DNA of 64,000 nucleotides from contig JAKMXF010000299.1 in the NCBI GenBank assembly GCA_024704765.1, positions 1,027,353 to 1,091,352 on the forward strand. The letters are read 5' to 3'. Of the stretch, positions 1 through 12,159 are shown one piece after another. The stretch is from Oopsacas minuta (taxonomy: Eukaryota > Animalia > Porifera). Every line of letters begins with the position of its first letter. Position 1 is the stretch's first letter. Position numbers and translations under genes: made by a program. The notes beneath the pieces were generated by a model that had not been told where the DNA came from, did no database searches, and saw only the letters and a list, made by a program, of their open reading frames with translations.

Positions 1-409
1 TTGAGCTAGAGCTCCTAAAATAGCTAATTCTACGGTAGTTCCCCATTTGTCCTGCAATTTAATGGAGTCCAAATTGTCATAGAATTCCTGCTCTAACGTA
101 ATTGCGACATCTGCATTACGTTTAGTATATTTTCTTGGTTTGCACAAATTTTACCAAGTAAATTAGTTTTCAATTGGTTATACAATATTTCTGTCCCGAA
201 ATAATATGAGAGAGGGCTCGGTATAAGCAATTACCATCACATATTACTGGATATAAGTTAATATTTTGTCCAAAAAACTGTGATAACCTTAGATTCAGCG
301 ACACATAGTACTCTTGTAGACTGCTATTTCTAATGTGAGTTTCACATGTTCTAGCAGATAATATTTCTCTACAATTTATGTCTATACTTTGTAGGAATTG
401 CATTCGCAT
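1..409 (-). pseudogene. OTU-family cysteine protease domain (frameshifted), directly downstream of the Helitron helicase; runs off the window edge
   Basis: ORF 170-409 has the OTU catalytic motif VICDGNCLYRALSHII (DGNC at 227-238). Manual translation of 1-50 (minus) gives KWGTTVELAILGALAQ, the OTU WGxxxEL motif. Confidence 0.75.
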
Positions 410-493
410 GGATGTGATAAAGCTATTAACAGACTCTGAAAGAGAAACTGGGTCAATATCTACTGAGTTGCCATCTGCTCTGGGTTAGAGAAG

Positions 494-2505
494 CTAGTAT
501 GTTAATGATAAATCCATCAAAGAAGCGTCAGTTATGTCCTGGAGGGATGGGTAGATATTACCAAGATAATTTTGGAATACATCTCTATAAACTACGTTTC
601 TAACCCGTACACCTCCTGATGGGGAGTAGTCACGCCCACATGCCATAACCTTCAAACCTCTAGGGTTCTGTACTCTACTCAATGCTACGTATAATTGCCT
701 GTGACTGAAAATAGCGTGGAAATATTCCTACAGATTCCAAACTCTGACCCTGCCCTTTATTAATGGTGATACAGAAGGCAGGGCGAATAGGGAATTGCAT
801 CCTTTCGAGGATAAAAGGGAATTCTGTCTAGGAAGGCATCATCATTATGCGAAGGATAAACACTCGTTTACCGCAATGTACGTCTGTGCCAATTTCTGAG
901 TCAATGATATGGTTTAAGAATGGTCTCATAGTCTAGCGAGAACCATTGCACATGCCTTGCGTAGGATCGAGGCTACGCAGTAATATTATAGAAGAATTAA
1001 CCTTATGGTTAAGTCGGTGCGGAGGCAAGCTAGATGGTATAATGGAATTTAGGAATTCAGTTGGAAATAAACTTGCCTGATCCTGCTTTACTGAGTCCCC
1101 ACTCAACAATACATGTGTATCTCCAGGGAGTTGGTTCATAACATAATGGGTGATGTATTCAGTTGTTTCGTTTTTGGGGGACATCATAATATGTGAGTAA
1201 TACAATCACGATCATTATATTTTTCCTTACTATATCCATAAATATTCGCGACCAAGTCTCCAATTGTTTCACCACGTACTATATCTTAGCATCTAGGTAA
1301 ATCATGTTAGATTCGTTCTCAGGTTCAGTGCCTTCACCTACTCGGAGTAAGAAGTCTGAGAAATTGCTTACTTCTACTGAGTCATGTTGGTCTAAACTCT
1401 GTAGGCGCATGTTTATAGTCAACTTCATCACTTTTATATGATCCCAGAGTGGTGATCTATTGATACAGGCTCATACTACCTGTGCTCTGGTACTATGTCG
1501 AATTACAGGGAGGATCTGGTGGAAATCCCCTCCAAATGGTAGCTCACAGGAACAAATATCTCTCGAACTACGATTTATACACTCGGCTGCATATCTGTGT
1601 ACCATTGGAGCTTCATCCCAGACTATTAGCTTCGCACTTTGTATCAGTTTTGCTAGTGCGCTCTGTTTGGGGATGTTACAAACTGATAGGTCATTTAAGG
1701 GAATTGGACCTTCAATCTAGAATGAACTGTCCTTCCACCAGTAAGCAGAAGGGCTGCTATGCCTGATGAAGCCATAGCTAATGCGATATGTCCTTCTCAT
1801 CTCACTTTAGCTAATAGAGTGTTGTACAGAAATGTCTTTCCATTACCTCCTGATCCATCAATGAAGAAAGCTCTCTGTTCAACACCCGTATCAGTTATTG
1901 TCTCAATTATGCAATTATATATTTCATACTGATCAGAGTTCAGTACAGGAATATTAGTCTCTGCGATGAAAGCTTGGTGGTGCACATCAAACTCTAATTC
2001 ATCTTGAAAAAAATTAGGTTAATCATGTGGACTACTGTTATGTAAGGGCAGTGGCATCCCTCCAAAGTCACACGGAGACTTTCCCTGCTTTGCAAGTCGG
2101 TACTCAATATTTAACAACGCACTGTTCAAGATATGGTCATCCAATTCAGTAGTAGGAGAAATAATTCTAGCTGAGAAAATAAAGTCTTCAGCCAAAGACG
2201 CCTATGTTCATTCCACAAAACTAATGGGTCAGCTGGTTCGTTAAACATAAGTAGTGTGAACAGAGTTGACGTAGTTCTGATGGCATAGAATATGAAGCAT
2301 CGTATGTCAAACAATCATCACACTCTTGGTCATCTTCTAACAGACCTCGTCTGCGAGCTGCTTCCTTGTAGGTATTGCAAATAGTATCATCAGGGAATGT
2401 TCGGATATCCTTGTAACTGCGACATCCAGTTACATGGTGTAGGTGGATTCTCAGGTAGAAACGGTCCCCTTCACTCGGATGGGCTGAACATACTCGACCA
2501 ATCAT
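494..2505 (-). pseudogene. Helitron PIF1-like SF1 helicase domain
   Basis: IGRV..HPSEGDRFYLR (2221-2505), Walker A FFIDGSGGNGKTFL (1797-1985), PSSLPPHRL..LLRSLDP..GMCNGSR (933-1205), C-terminal SRV..VRNVVYRDVF (494-682). Confidence 0.9.
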
Positions 2506-2842
2506 GGTCCCATGTCACTTTTTCATTTCTTTCCACTCATATGAGGATGTATCTCACACAAACATATCAAGGAATTTGCCGTAAGTAATATTTCTGGCAC
2601 TAAGGGAACTTTTCATTAGCTTTGAACCACCTTCTAAGTGTAGAGTGTTTCTGTTCGTTAAGCACAGCTTCTAGGTCAGAACTTTCTCTGAACACCACGG
2701 ATTGTTTTCCTTCCAGATGGAGTCACTAATCTGCTACATGTGGTTTGTTTGTATGGAGTTCATAACCAAATGAACGGTAGCAAGCTTCGATAGCAGATAC
2801 ATATCTAGCTTCTAGGTAATTGGCAATCTCATCTACCTCCTT

Positions 2843-3885
2843 CTAGCTACTTGCACTACTTTCTCCTGCATGAAATTCTACAATGACCCTATCGTGACCT
2901 TTTAAGTATTTGTACAGATATTTCACTGCTTTAACTCTACTACTGATTTCAACATAAATATGAGCATTGAACTTTAGGAGAAAAGTTAGATTATATGAAA
3001 CAACCCATCGGTTGTCTAGTTCAAACCCGCATACTTTAGCCGTACGTTTGTAAACTGGGTAGCTATCTTTATCTTTATTAGTAAATTTGGCAAATGCCTT
3101 TAGAAATTGTTTACTACATTTTCCATCTCGCATGCATGAAGCGGTTTCCTTAATACTCCACATCATACAACGCTTCACGATTTTATAAAGTTTTGGTGAT
3201 GTTGAAGGGTTAGAAATTTCTGCACATACAAATTTATCATAATCAGATGGATCTCTAGGTTTATCCTCTTCTGTTAAAATCACTAAGATATGTGCATGAG
3301 GGAAGCCAAGTTTTTGAAATTCAATAGTGTATGCATATACTTTAGGCCTCCCTAGTACGTGTTTTACGCAGATATCGTCAATAAATTCACGAAATTTTAT
3401 TACGAATACCCGAACAATCAAATCAGGACGACCTGTCAGTTTTTTATTATTCATAAGAGCTGATGTTATCTTTTCACAATCTGGATTACACGTAAATGCA
3501 ATGAAATAATCAGGCTTACCGTATTGTCTGACTATGGACATGCAGTCCTGATACAATTCAAACATATATTTTGGACCTCTTATGAAGGAATAAGGTAATA
3601 TCAATCTTCTACCAAATTGTCCAGGATTTATATCTCCAGCAGAGACTGCACCACTAAGTCCGCTATATAGTTCTACTCTGAGCATCTTTTGATTGAACTT
3701 GCAATAATTGAGTCTCACTTGCTGGACTTTAGCAAACATATCAACCAAGTATTGATGGTAGTGCCTATCATGGAGGTGTAGATAGCTTACTTTCCTCTAA
3801 CCATAATACGATAAGAGTAGAACTCCTTGGGTGTGAGGAAATTTAAGTGCCACGCATTATCTCCTGAAGGAACAAAAGAACATAA
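2843..3885 (-). pseudogene. Helitron Rep (HUH endonuclease) domain
   Basis: Motif 1 GKPDYFIAFTCNP, HUH motif YTIEFQKLGFPHAHIL, motif 3 KYLYKYLKGHD. Confidence 0.92.
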
Positions 3886-6172
3886 CACAACTCAACAAGA
3901 TTTCTCATCAGAGATCACATACATTTATCTTAGCATACTTTTGAATGCTGAACTCGAATCTGCAATCAGAATTTCTCTAGCACGTCTAGTTATTCTGAAA
4001 TCCAATATCCATTTTTTTAATAATATAGTATTACCTAGTTACTAAATTGCTATATGAGCATGCCTATTTTGATTCAATTATCTGGAATATAAATGACTTT
4101 ACTTATTTGAATTCAAGCAAATCAAATTATAAACATGCATCGTAATTGTAGAACTCATCACTACAATTTCTGTTACGTTTGTGGTCTTTTTTGCGTAAAA
4201 TCACAAAGACGACCAGTCACAAATCAATTAAAGAACACATACAAATTGTACTTCGAATGTCCACTTGGTGACCAAGACAAGTCGTGGGCACCACATGTTA
4301 TATGCACTTCTTGTTCAAGTGGACTACGTGATTGGTTGAACAAAAGGAAAGTTTCAATGCCATTTGCAATACCCATGGTCTGGAGGGAACAGAAAAATCA
4401 CCTTGATGATTGTTACTTTTGCCTTATCGACATTACAGGATTCTCAGCCAAGAATAAGCACGCTCTTGTTTACCCAGACTTGGATTCTGCTCGCAGGCCA
4501 ATTCCAGACAACTCATTATCAATCCCAATTCCCAAGCCACAGCAAATTAAAATCGGGTCTGATATGGTGGAAGATGTTCATGGAGATTCTACACATGCCA
4601 ATTATGTCCCCGAAGATGAATTACTAGAGCCACAAACATTTACACAGGGAGAATTGAATGACCTGGTCAGGGATCTAGACTTATCTAAAGACAAAGCTGA
4701 ACTCCTTGCATCCAGGCTCAAACAGAAAAACCTACTCGACAAAGATGTCCTAGTATCCCACTATCGCAAGCGAAATTTCGATCTCGCTCGATACTACACT
4801 ACTGATGGTCCACTGTGCTATTGTAATGATATCGAAGGACTCTATGCAAACCTATTACAAGAACATTCTTCCTCTGATTGGCGCCTTTTCATCGACTCGT
4901 CAAAACGCAGTTCGAAAGCTGTTCTGTTGCATAACTGAAATCTAAAGCCTGGCGTTCCAATTGCTCACTCCGTCTATCTCAAAGAAACCGTCGTCAATTT
5001 GCAGGAAGTTTGGAGGCAATACAGTATAGAACACATATATGGAATATCTGCGCTGATCTTAAGATAATCGGGCTATTGATGGGCTTGCAACAAGGTTTTA
5101 CGAAGTATTGTTGTTTCCTATGTCAATGGGACAGCCGAACAACTAGTGAACATTATAAAAATGTGATTGGCCGAAGAGAACCTATGAAGTGGGGAAAACC
5201 AATTTACAGCATTCGCCATTGGTAGATCCAAACAAAGTCTTCCTACCCCCACTTCATATTAAACTTGGATTAATGAAAACATTCGTTAAAACAATGGGCA
5301 AAACAAATTCAGCAGGATTTCTGCATTTGGTAGGCAAATTTCCGAAACTAAGCGAGGCAAAGTTAAAAGAGGGAGTATTTGTAGGACCACAAATCAGACA
5401 AGCATCCAGAGATCCAGATTTCGAGAAGACATTATCCAAATTAGAAATGAGTACTTGGAATTCTTTCAAATGGGTTTGTGAAAACTTCTTGGGCAACAAG
5501 AAGTCGTCCAACTACAGAGAAGGAGTGGAAACCTTGCTTAACGCATACGAGAAGATGGGCTGTCGCATGTCGCTAAAAACTCCACTTCTTACACTCTCAC
5601 CTTGATTTTTTCCCTGAGAACCTTGGTGCTGTAAGTGATGAACAGGGTGAGAGATTCCACCAAGACATACAGGAGATTGAAACCCGATACCAAGGTTTCT
5701 GGAATGAGCGCATGATGTCCGATTACTGTTGGAGGCTCTTCAGAGATAATCCCACAAGAAATATAAAAGGAAGTCGTACTCTCAACACTTTTAATTTAGT
5801 TAGCTACCTTTATACTTCTAGATGGATATGTATTTCCCCTTAGTTTGTGAGTAGTTGATACATGCATGAGTGTGAATAATTATATGTAAGAGCTAGGATA
5901 ATAACTGATATTATCTTGGCATTAATCTAAAACATCGTAATGTTGATTTATTTCAGATGGCTATCATGTAAGAAGACAAAAAGACAGCCACTACCATAAA
6001 ATAACAGGAAAAATTTAGGAAATACATAAAAATCGTTGACTTGTAGATGGAAAAAAACTGGACGTGCTGGAAAGAATCTGAAAGCAGATTTGAATTCAGC
6101 GTAAAAAACTAGCTTAGAAAATGTCAATCTAATACTTAACGAGAAAATGAAGTTAAATTTTGTTGACCCGTG
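3886..6172 (+). mobile_element. Chapaev3-type (CMC superfamily) DNA transposon with both ends and TAA target-site duplication
   Basis: Left end CACAACTCAACAAGATTT (3886); right end reverse complement CACGGGTCAACAAAATTT (ends 6172). TAA at 3883-3885 and 6173-6175. Removing it restores the Helitron peptide AYDPSHYVLLF. Confidence 0.85.
4135..5795 (+). pseudogene. Chapaev3-type transposase (stop at 4936 plus frameshifts)
   Basis: N-terminal Zn finger FCYVCG..DQDKSWAPHVICTSC..W..HLDDCYFC; WRLFIDSS, CADLK, PPLHIKLGLMK, ENLGAVSDEQGERFHQDI motifs. Confidence 0.82.
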
Positions 6173-8424
6173 TAATGTGAAGGATCATAAGCACAGTTGC
6201 ACTCGTTGATACGTTGCAAACCCCCTGTACGTGTATGTGGACCATGTCTCTGTTAGCTACTCCTTCTATATACCCGTCTCCAGGCATTATGACAATAATC
6301 TCACGAGCAGTGGAGCATTATATCGTCTGGAATCTGGACCACCATCAGCCCTGATGATCATCCTACGTCACTGACTCCGTTTTCTTTCATCATATCTATA
6401 CCTTGTTTGAGATAAGAGAAATAAGGGCTAATCTCATGGAGCATATCTTGGAGTTCTCTCAATTCTGGAAGATATGCCTCTCCGAGGGGTGGCTGACGGT
6501 TCTCTAGTTCATCATCAGCTGTTCCGTCATGAATATAGATTTGGACAAAGGATGGTGCCCCGCCTTCTCTCTGAGTGAGTTTTCCGAAATAATGGTGGAC
6601 AACTCCTTGAATGCGGAAAGTGTAAACTTCACGTTTAGCGTTTGCTAGTTCTATATCAAGGTTCACACCGATTGAAGCAAAAGCAAGAACCGAGTTGTAA
6701 GCTCTTATATATTGTCTGAACTCTCTCTCTCTTGACTGTCATTAATAGTCAGTAGATATCTAAGCATCTTGGGTAGAGGGGCTAAAGGAGGAAGAACAAC
6801 CTTTCCCTGTCCACAACAGAGGGAAAATTTGAAACACTTTTTAGTGCAACTGAAGAGTTTCTCCTTCTCCCAAAATTTGTCCCCACAATGGGAACATGAT
6901 AAATTCATGAGGCCTGCTGAGTGTTATCGATTACATTATCGAGAATTTCCGACACAGGATAAGAACTCGCAGAATTAAGGAGATTACTTTTAGTTTTACC
7001 TTTAGATCTGGCTTTGTAATCTCTCTGATAGTTTATTCGGGCAATGCGTTTGCCATTGTTCTCGATTTCATTCTGAGCTACTTCGTACTCTAACTGACGC
7101 TTTAGGCGTAAAGCTCGTTTAGTAGGGCTCGGGATTTCAAAATGAACATTCTGGCCTTCCAACTGGCATTTGAGACGAGCGGTACGCTCTGTGGCCCTCT
7201 CAATTTCTAAACTTCTTCGCGAACATGTTCTTTGGCACTCGAGACGGACAGTATGTCCATAACATTTTGTTTGTCTGAATACGCCAGTTGGGTATAAAGC
7301 TGCATCTCAAACCTAGCTCTTCTTAATTGGGAGGATTCTTTGAGTCGATTATCTCTTTTCCTCTGGGCTTCGTTTTAGCGAATTTCTTGGGACCACGTTA
7401 AATTACTCGAGGTATTTTGTGATACAAAGAACGTAAAATATGTCAAGATGTTTCAAGTTGTAAATATAAGTGTTGAATTATTCAGAATATTTAGTATTCT
7501 ATATTTATACAGTTAATGTGATCAAAAATAAAGTTGTAATTTTGTGGGCGCTTCATATAAACATTAACAAACATTGTTACATATTTATATAATTTTAATT
7601 TAATCATGTTAGTGCGCAAGATATTTAATATGCAATAGAGTCCTCAATGTAGTGGGTTACATAGCATAGTTACAGGTTAAACAAACTGGAATTTGAAAAA
7701 TGTTGCGCAATTGGAACCATTGCATCCCAAATAGACTGGGTTAGAGCCTATATTATATGATTACAATAATTTGTAAACCCTGGAATCTTATAGGTTATTA
7801 CATTTTGACATCTATCTAAGAGACTTTTTGAGATATCGCTTAGATCTAAGAAGTGGTCCTAGATTTATCACATTCCACACCTGTCAAATTTCAAGTTTGT
7901 AGCTCTTACCAGTTCTCCAATCAATTCCGGAGAAAAAACACAAAAAACCCATCTACAAATTATATAATTGATTTGTAAATAGTTACAAAGTTTAAGTATT
8001 TATTTCAGTGACGATCAAAGTATTGTTATCGCGGTAAAATATGTAATTAATAAATTTCCAATTGAGTTAATCATAATTTTCACTTCCATATAGACTTGGA
8101 ATATATCATAGAAGTTCATTAATTCATTAATTAAATTATTCAGTAATGATTTAGTTTGGTAATAATCTTTGTTACGATAAAAAGTATTTTTTTGAAATTG
8201 CGAGAAAAATATATACTTATCAACTTGCTCTAAATAGATCACATTATTTACTTACATACACTTATGCAATCATAATTTTAGTAATTGTGTTTAACGTGCG
8301 TATTACGTATACAAAGGAAAATAAGCGGAAAATTCTAAGAATCAATAAATATAAACAAAACTTTGAAATGTATTCAATATTTGATAATTTCACTGTTTGA
8401 TGCATCCAACTGAGTTCGAATTAT

Positions 8425-9480
8425 TTGTCAATTATTAATTCTAATAACCTTGTTAATGCATCGGGAAATACTTACTTAATCGTCATAAAAGCTGACCAAA
8501 GACTTGATATTCTCAAAGAAGTCCATGATAATCCTGGACTTCAATGTTTTCGCTATTCGTGTCGTATTGCAATTGAGAGATATTTCTGGCCAGGAATGTA
8601 CACGGAAATACGTAGTTCTATACAAAAATGTGTACCGTGTCAGAGGAACCAACCTAGCCTAAATGCACCACCATACCACTACAACCATTCCCAGTTATAA
8701 CGAAAGTGTGGTTTAGAGTAGGCATAGATTTGACGGGACCACTAATAGTGTAAGAAGGTTACAAATACATTCTTACTTTCATCCATCACTTTACTAAATG
8801 GATCGAGACTCCTCCTCTGAAAACGAAAAACGCGAGAGAATTGACTGAAAACGGAAGAGAATTCACGAATACGATTTCCAAAACACTTCAAGAAATACAT
8901 GGTTGTAAATTACTATTCTCAGCTCTCACCATCCTCAAAGAATGGTCTCGTAGAATATACACACACAAAGTGGTTTAACAATCTTTAAAAAATCTTTAAG
9001 TGAAAACGGGATGACTGGTTTCACTACTTGGAGCAAGTTACGTTTTCAATTAACATTCGCCCTCGTGAGACCACAAAATATTCTGCATTCGAACTAATGC
9101 ATGGCAATCGCAAACCATGCCTTCCATTTGAAGCTGAAAACTTCTCTTTCCTCTATTCTGAGGTCTCTTTGGAGGAAAATCCATTTGAAGATAACGCTAA
9201 TGACATGAACTACTCGAATTCATGATAAATGAGCAAGAAGATTAATTTCAACAGGCTGGCAAAAATCCCATAAACTCAAAGAAAATAATGAAGGACCAGT
9301 TCGACAAAAAAGTAAATCCAATCACTTGAAGCTTTAAAGTAAATGACGAAGTACTCATTGAGAATGTGTCCAGAATGAGAAGCAAATGGAGGGAAATTAC
9401 AAGACAAGTGAATCGGCCCCTATCCAATCACAAAGGTTTCTACGAGAACGCTCCAAGTTTGCAAAAATATAGCTAAACTC
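8425..9480 (+). pseudogene. Gypsy-like (Ginger/GIN) DDE integrase
   Basis: H2C2-like region (EVHD..YFWPGMYTEIRSSIQKCVPCQR), VGIDLTGP, FTKWIE, TENGREF, HPQ..NGLVE, FSINIRPRETTKYSAFELMHG, and GPY motif (IGPYPI, about 9413-9430). Confidence 0.88.
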
Positions 9481-9550
9481 GAGTAAAGAGATCCAAGGCT
9501 AAACTCTGAAGAGGGACTCCAATACTACATCTACAAGAAAGAGAATTAAG

Positions 9551-10955
9551 TTGAATCCACTGATAAGCAACTTGACAGAAGAAAACGCACAACTATTTGA
9601 CGAAGATGAAATTCTACCCATTTCGTCCCCATTTTTAGCTGGAGAAGAAGTTGTATTTGCAACAAGTGAACAAGAAGACAGCCGCTCAAGAAGAGAGATC
9701 ATTGATCTACTCTTGTTAATGAAAGAACATGTAATTGGATCACTCCAATTGAATATTCAACTCTCTCCACTACATAATGATCTTCATAATAGAAGTGACA
9801 TGCTTTATAAAGATTTGTATGATCGGAGGTTGGAACACAATCCTCCTATTTATGATGAAGATGCTTCTTCTATTACGAATTACGATACTATTCTCGAAAT
9901 TTCTGAGATAATGAATACATGGTGTCTAGAAAGTCAGAACGTAAGTATACCTTATTACCATTATACGAGTGAAGAAATTGAGCATTCATCACAATGGAAA
10001 AGAAAGAGTATAGATTAAATTACCAAAGTCTTTCTACCCGTAGTCCAAAAACTCTTATTATCAAGTCGTTTGAATAAACCTAGAGCTAGAGGAATGGAAA
10101 TGCCAGACGAAAAACAAAAGAAAATGACTGCACATTACACTCACAAACATTAGAAGATTGCTGTACTCCATGGGGAGGGGAATATAATGGAACCAGACTC
10201 GTAAATACATGCTCAGTTGATAATTTTATCACCTTATATTTGCCTGTATATGAAACTCTTCCAAAAACATAAACGAGATTAGCTTCAATTACAATAACGC
10301 ATAACTTTGAAAGAATTACTCAAATGGTAAAGGCTCGTAGCTTTAACAACTACGCTACTGGATAGCTCCAAAGCTTGGAATATCAATTGCAGATGCTCAA
10401 TACGACTTTTTAACATACGGAGGGAAGATGGTTAAATTCTTTGAGGAAATTTACTTATGTTCCAGTCAGTATTTAATTGAATTCCAATGTTGGGGCTGCT
10501 GCTTCTCAGAAAAACATCTCAACCTATATAAAGTAGAAAAGAATTGTCAGGCTACAATAGATAACCGCATAAATTCTGGTTTCAACTGCCTCAAGTGCAG
10601 AGATGCAAATGCTAACATTGAGGAAATTTCCAGAAAGTTTTTAAGAGTGCCACCACTTATGATTCTTGAAGTTGGTCACATTAGCTCTTGCTCTAAAGAT
10701 ATCATCAATCAAAATCTAATTGAGGAAAATATCTTCATATGTCATATGAGCACAAAGCTACATTACAGCCTCATCGGTTATATCATAAATGTTAGGTTGC
10801 ATTTCTTTATGAAGATAAAGTATAGAAAGTGTTGGTATACCTATGATGGGATAGAAAACCACAAGCTTAAAATAACAAGTAAAGATATGATGATAAGGCT
10901 AGGACATATTAACTGTATCTTCTACACATTGACAGAGATTACAAGTTTAGAATGA
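9551..10955 (+). pseudogene. Element ORF2 ending in a USP/C19-like (papain-fold) cysteine protease domain
   Basis: Cys box [20 protein letters not shown] (WGG at 10171; not in ORF track), YLIEFQCWGC and CLKC Zn-ribbon pairs, FLRVPPLMILEVG, His/Asp boxes YSLIG..HFFM..WYTYDG (ORF 10428-10955). Confidence 0.65.
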
Positions 10956-11458
10956 TCATCATTCCACATATTCTAAATCACATAACCGTTCCCTTCGGCT
11001 GGGCTACAGAAGTCTATATTGTAGTACTTAGCGATTACAAGTCAACGATTATAATGTTTTGCTTGTTTAATAAAAATATATGTCGTACTTAGTCACTTTA
11101 CTTGTGATATGTAGTTTATGGTAATGGGGCTTGATACACAAGTTTGTAATAATTCAATTGATTCGTCACTGAATACAGCATTTATTCAGGCCTCTTAGTA
11201 TCCCACCGGTCATCTTGTTACAATAAATCCTCGTTAATTTGGATCATTCTTTTTTTCGCTCAGTCCAGCTCGTACAACTCAACCTCAAAATACAATTTCA
11301 AAGCTTTGTTTATATTTATTGATTCTTAGAATTTTCCGCTTATTTTTCCTTTGTATACGTAATACGCACGTTAAACACAATTACTAAAATTATGATTACA
11401 TAAGTGTATGCAAGTAAATAATGTGAGAAGGAACCTAAAAAGTGCTAAGTCATCATAA

Positions 11459-12130
11459 TTGACCGCAATGATGAATGTAGAAATGGGGGACCAAAATCTG
11501 CAAATGTTTTTGAATTTGCAGAAAATGGTCCCCAGGACAATTTGCGTAGGGGTAACCAATTTCTGCAAACACCACCATGCTGTATTCAAATACAGCTGTT
11601 CTCCTATCAGTTGGTGGGTAAGGCAGGGACTAAAGCGAAATCTGATGGACAGCTTAACAGACCACGCGGCTTGTCAGTGGACGCGAGTGGGGATGTGTAC
11701 TGAATATTGGAATTACAGAGTATCCATTTTACGAAAATTTGGAACTTATAAATTTCTCGGTAGAGATATTTTTGTGCATTCCAAAGATGTGAAGCTAACA
11801 CATTCTTTGGTGGTAGTATTAGACTGGAGTTTTCATTGGATACATTATTTCAATAATGGAAATCTTCTTAGCTCCTGCGTTACACAAGGATACCAGCAAC
11901 ACTGCTTACTATACGATCCGTCCTTTTTTTGTCTGGCCGAATCCGAAAATATTACCATTATCGACAGACTTATTTACATCAAGATTGTTTCGAATCTGGA
12001 GGCTTCTTATAAACCATAGGAAGGAAAGAGAAAGGACAGTTGACTAAATCAAAAGGGAATTGCATTATCAAGTCTGTGAAGATATTCGTTACTTCTTTGA
12101 ATACTAAGTATGCTCTACTATTATTCTGAT
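11459..12130 (+). pseudogene. NHL-repeat (TRIM/NHL-1-like beta-propeller) pseudogene
   Basis: Frameshifted NHL repeats: GTKAKSDGQLNRPRGLSVDASGDVY, DVKLTHSLVVVLDWS, FFCLAESENITIID, KGIALSS. Confidence 0.7.
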
Positions 12131-12159
12131 ATGATTTTCTAAAGAAAAGAATTGTAATA

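Larger units (their letters stand above)
494..7400 (-). mobile_element. Helitron (RepHel) relic, interrupted by a Chapaev3-type element; termini not located, 7400 approximate
   Basis: Collinear fragments: N-terminal Cys region (CSHCGDKFW..FSLCCGQGKVVLPPL, 6705-6908), FRIQGVVHH..FVQIYIHD (6358-6666), Rep/HUH domain (2843-3748), PIF1-like helicase (494-2505). Many stops and frameshifts. Confidence 0.92.
8239..11426 (+). mobile_element. TIR-bounded Ginger/GIN-like integrase element carrying a USP-like protease ORF
   Basis: About 135-bp near-perfect inverted repeats (8239-8374 and 11289-11426) enclose a gypsy-type integrase relic and downstream ORFs. No LTR, RT or gag seen. Confidence 0.8.

Noticed and set aside
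11495-11535. Short imperfect palindrome GGGGACCAAAATCTGCAAAT..ATTTGCAGAAAATGGTCCCC
   Set aside because: Single small hairpin inside the NHL pseudogene with no TSD; not enough to call an element.
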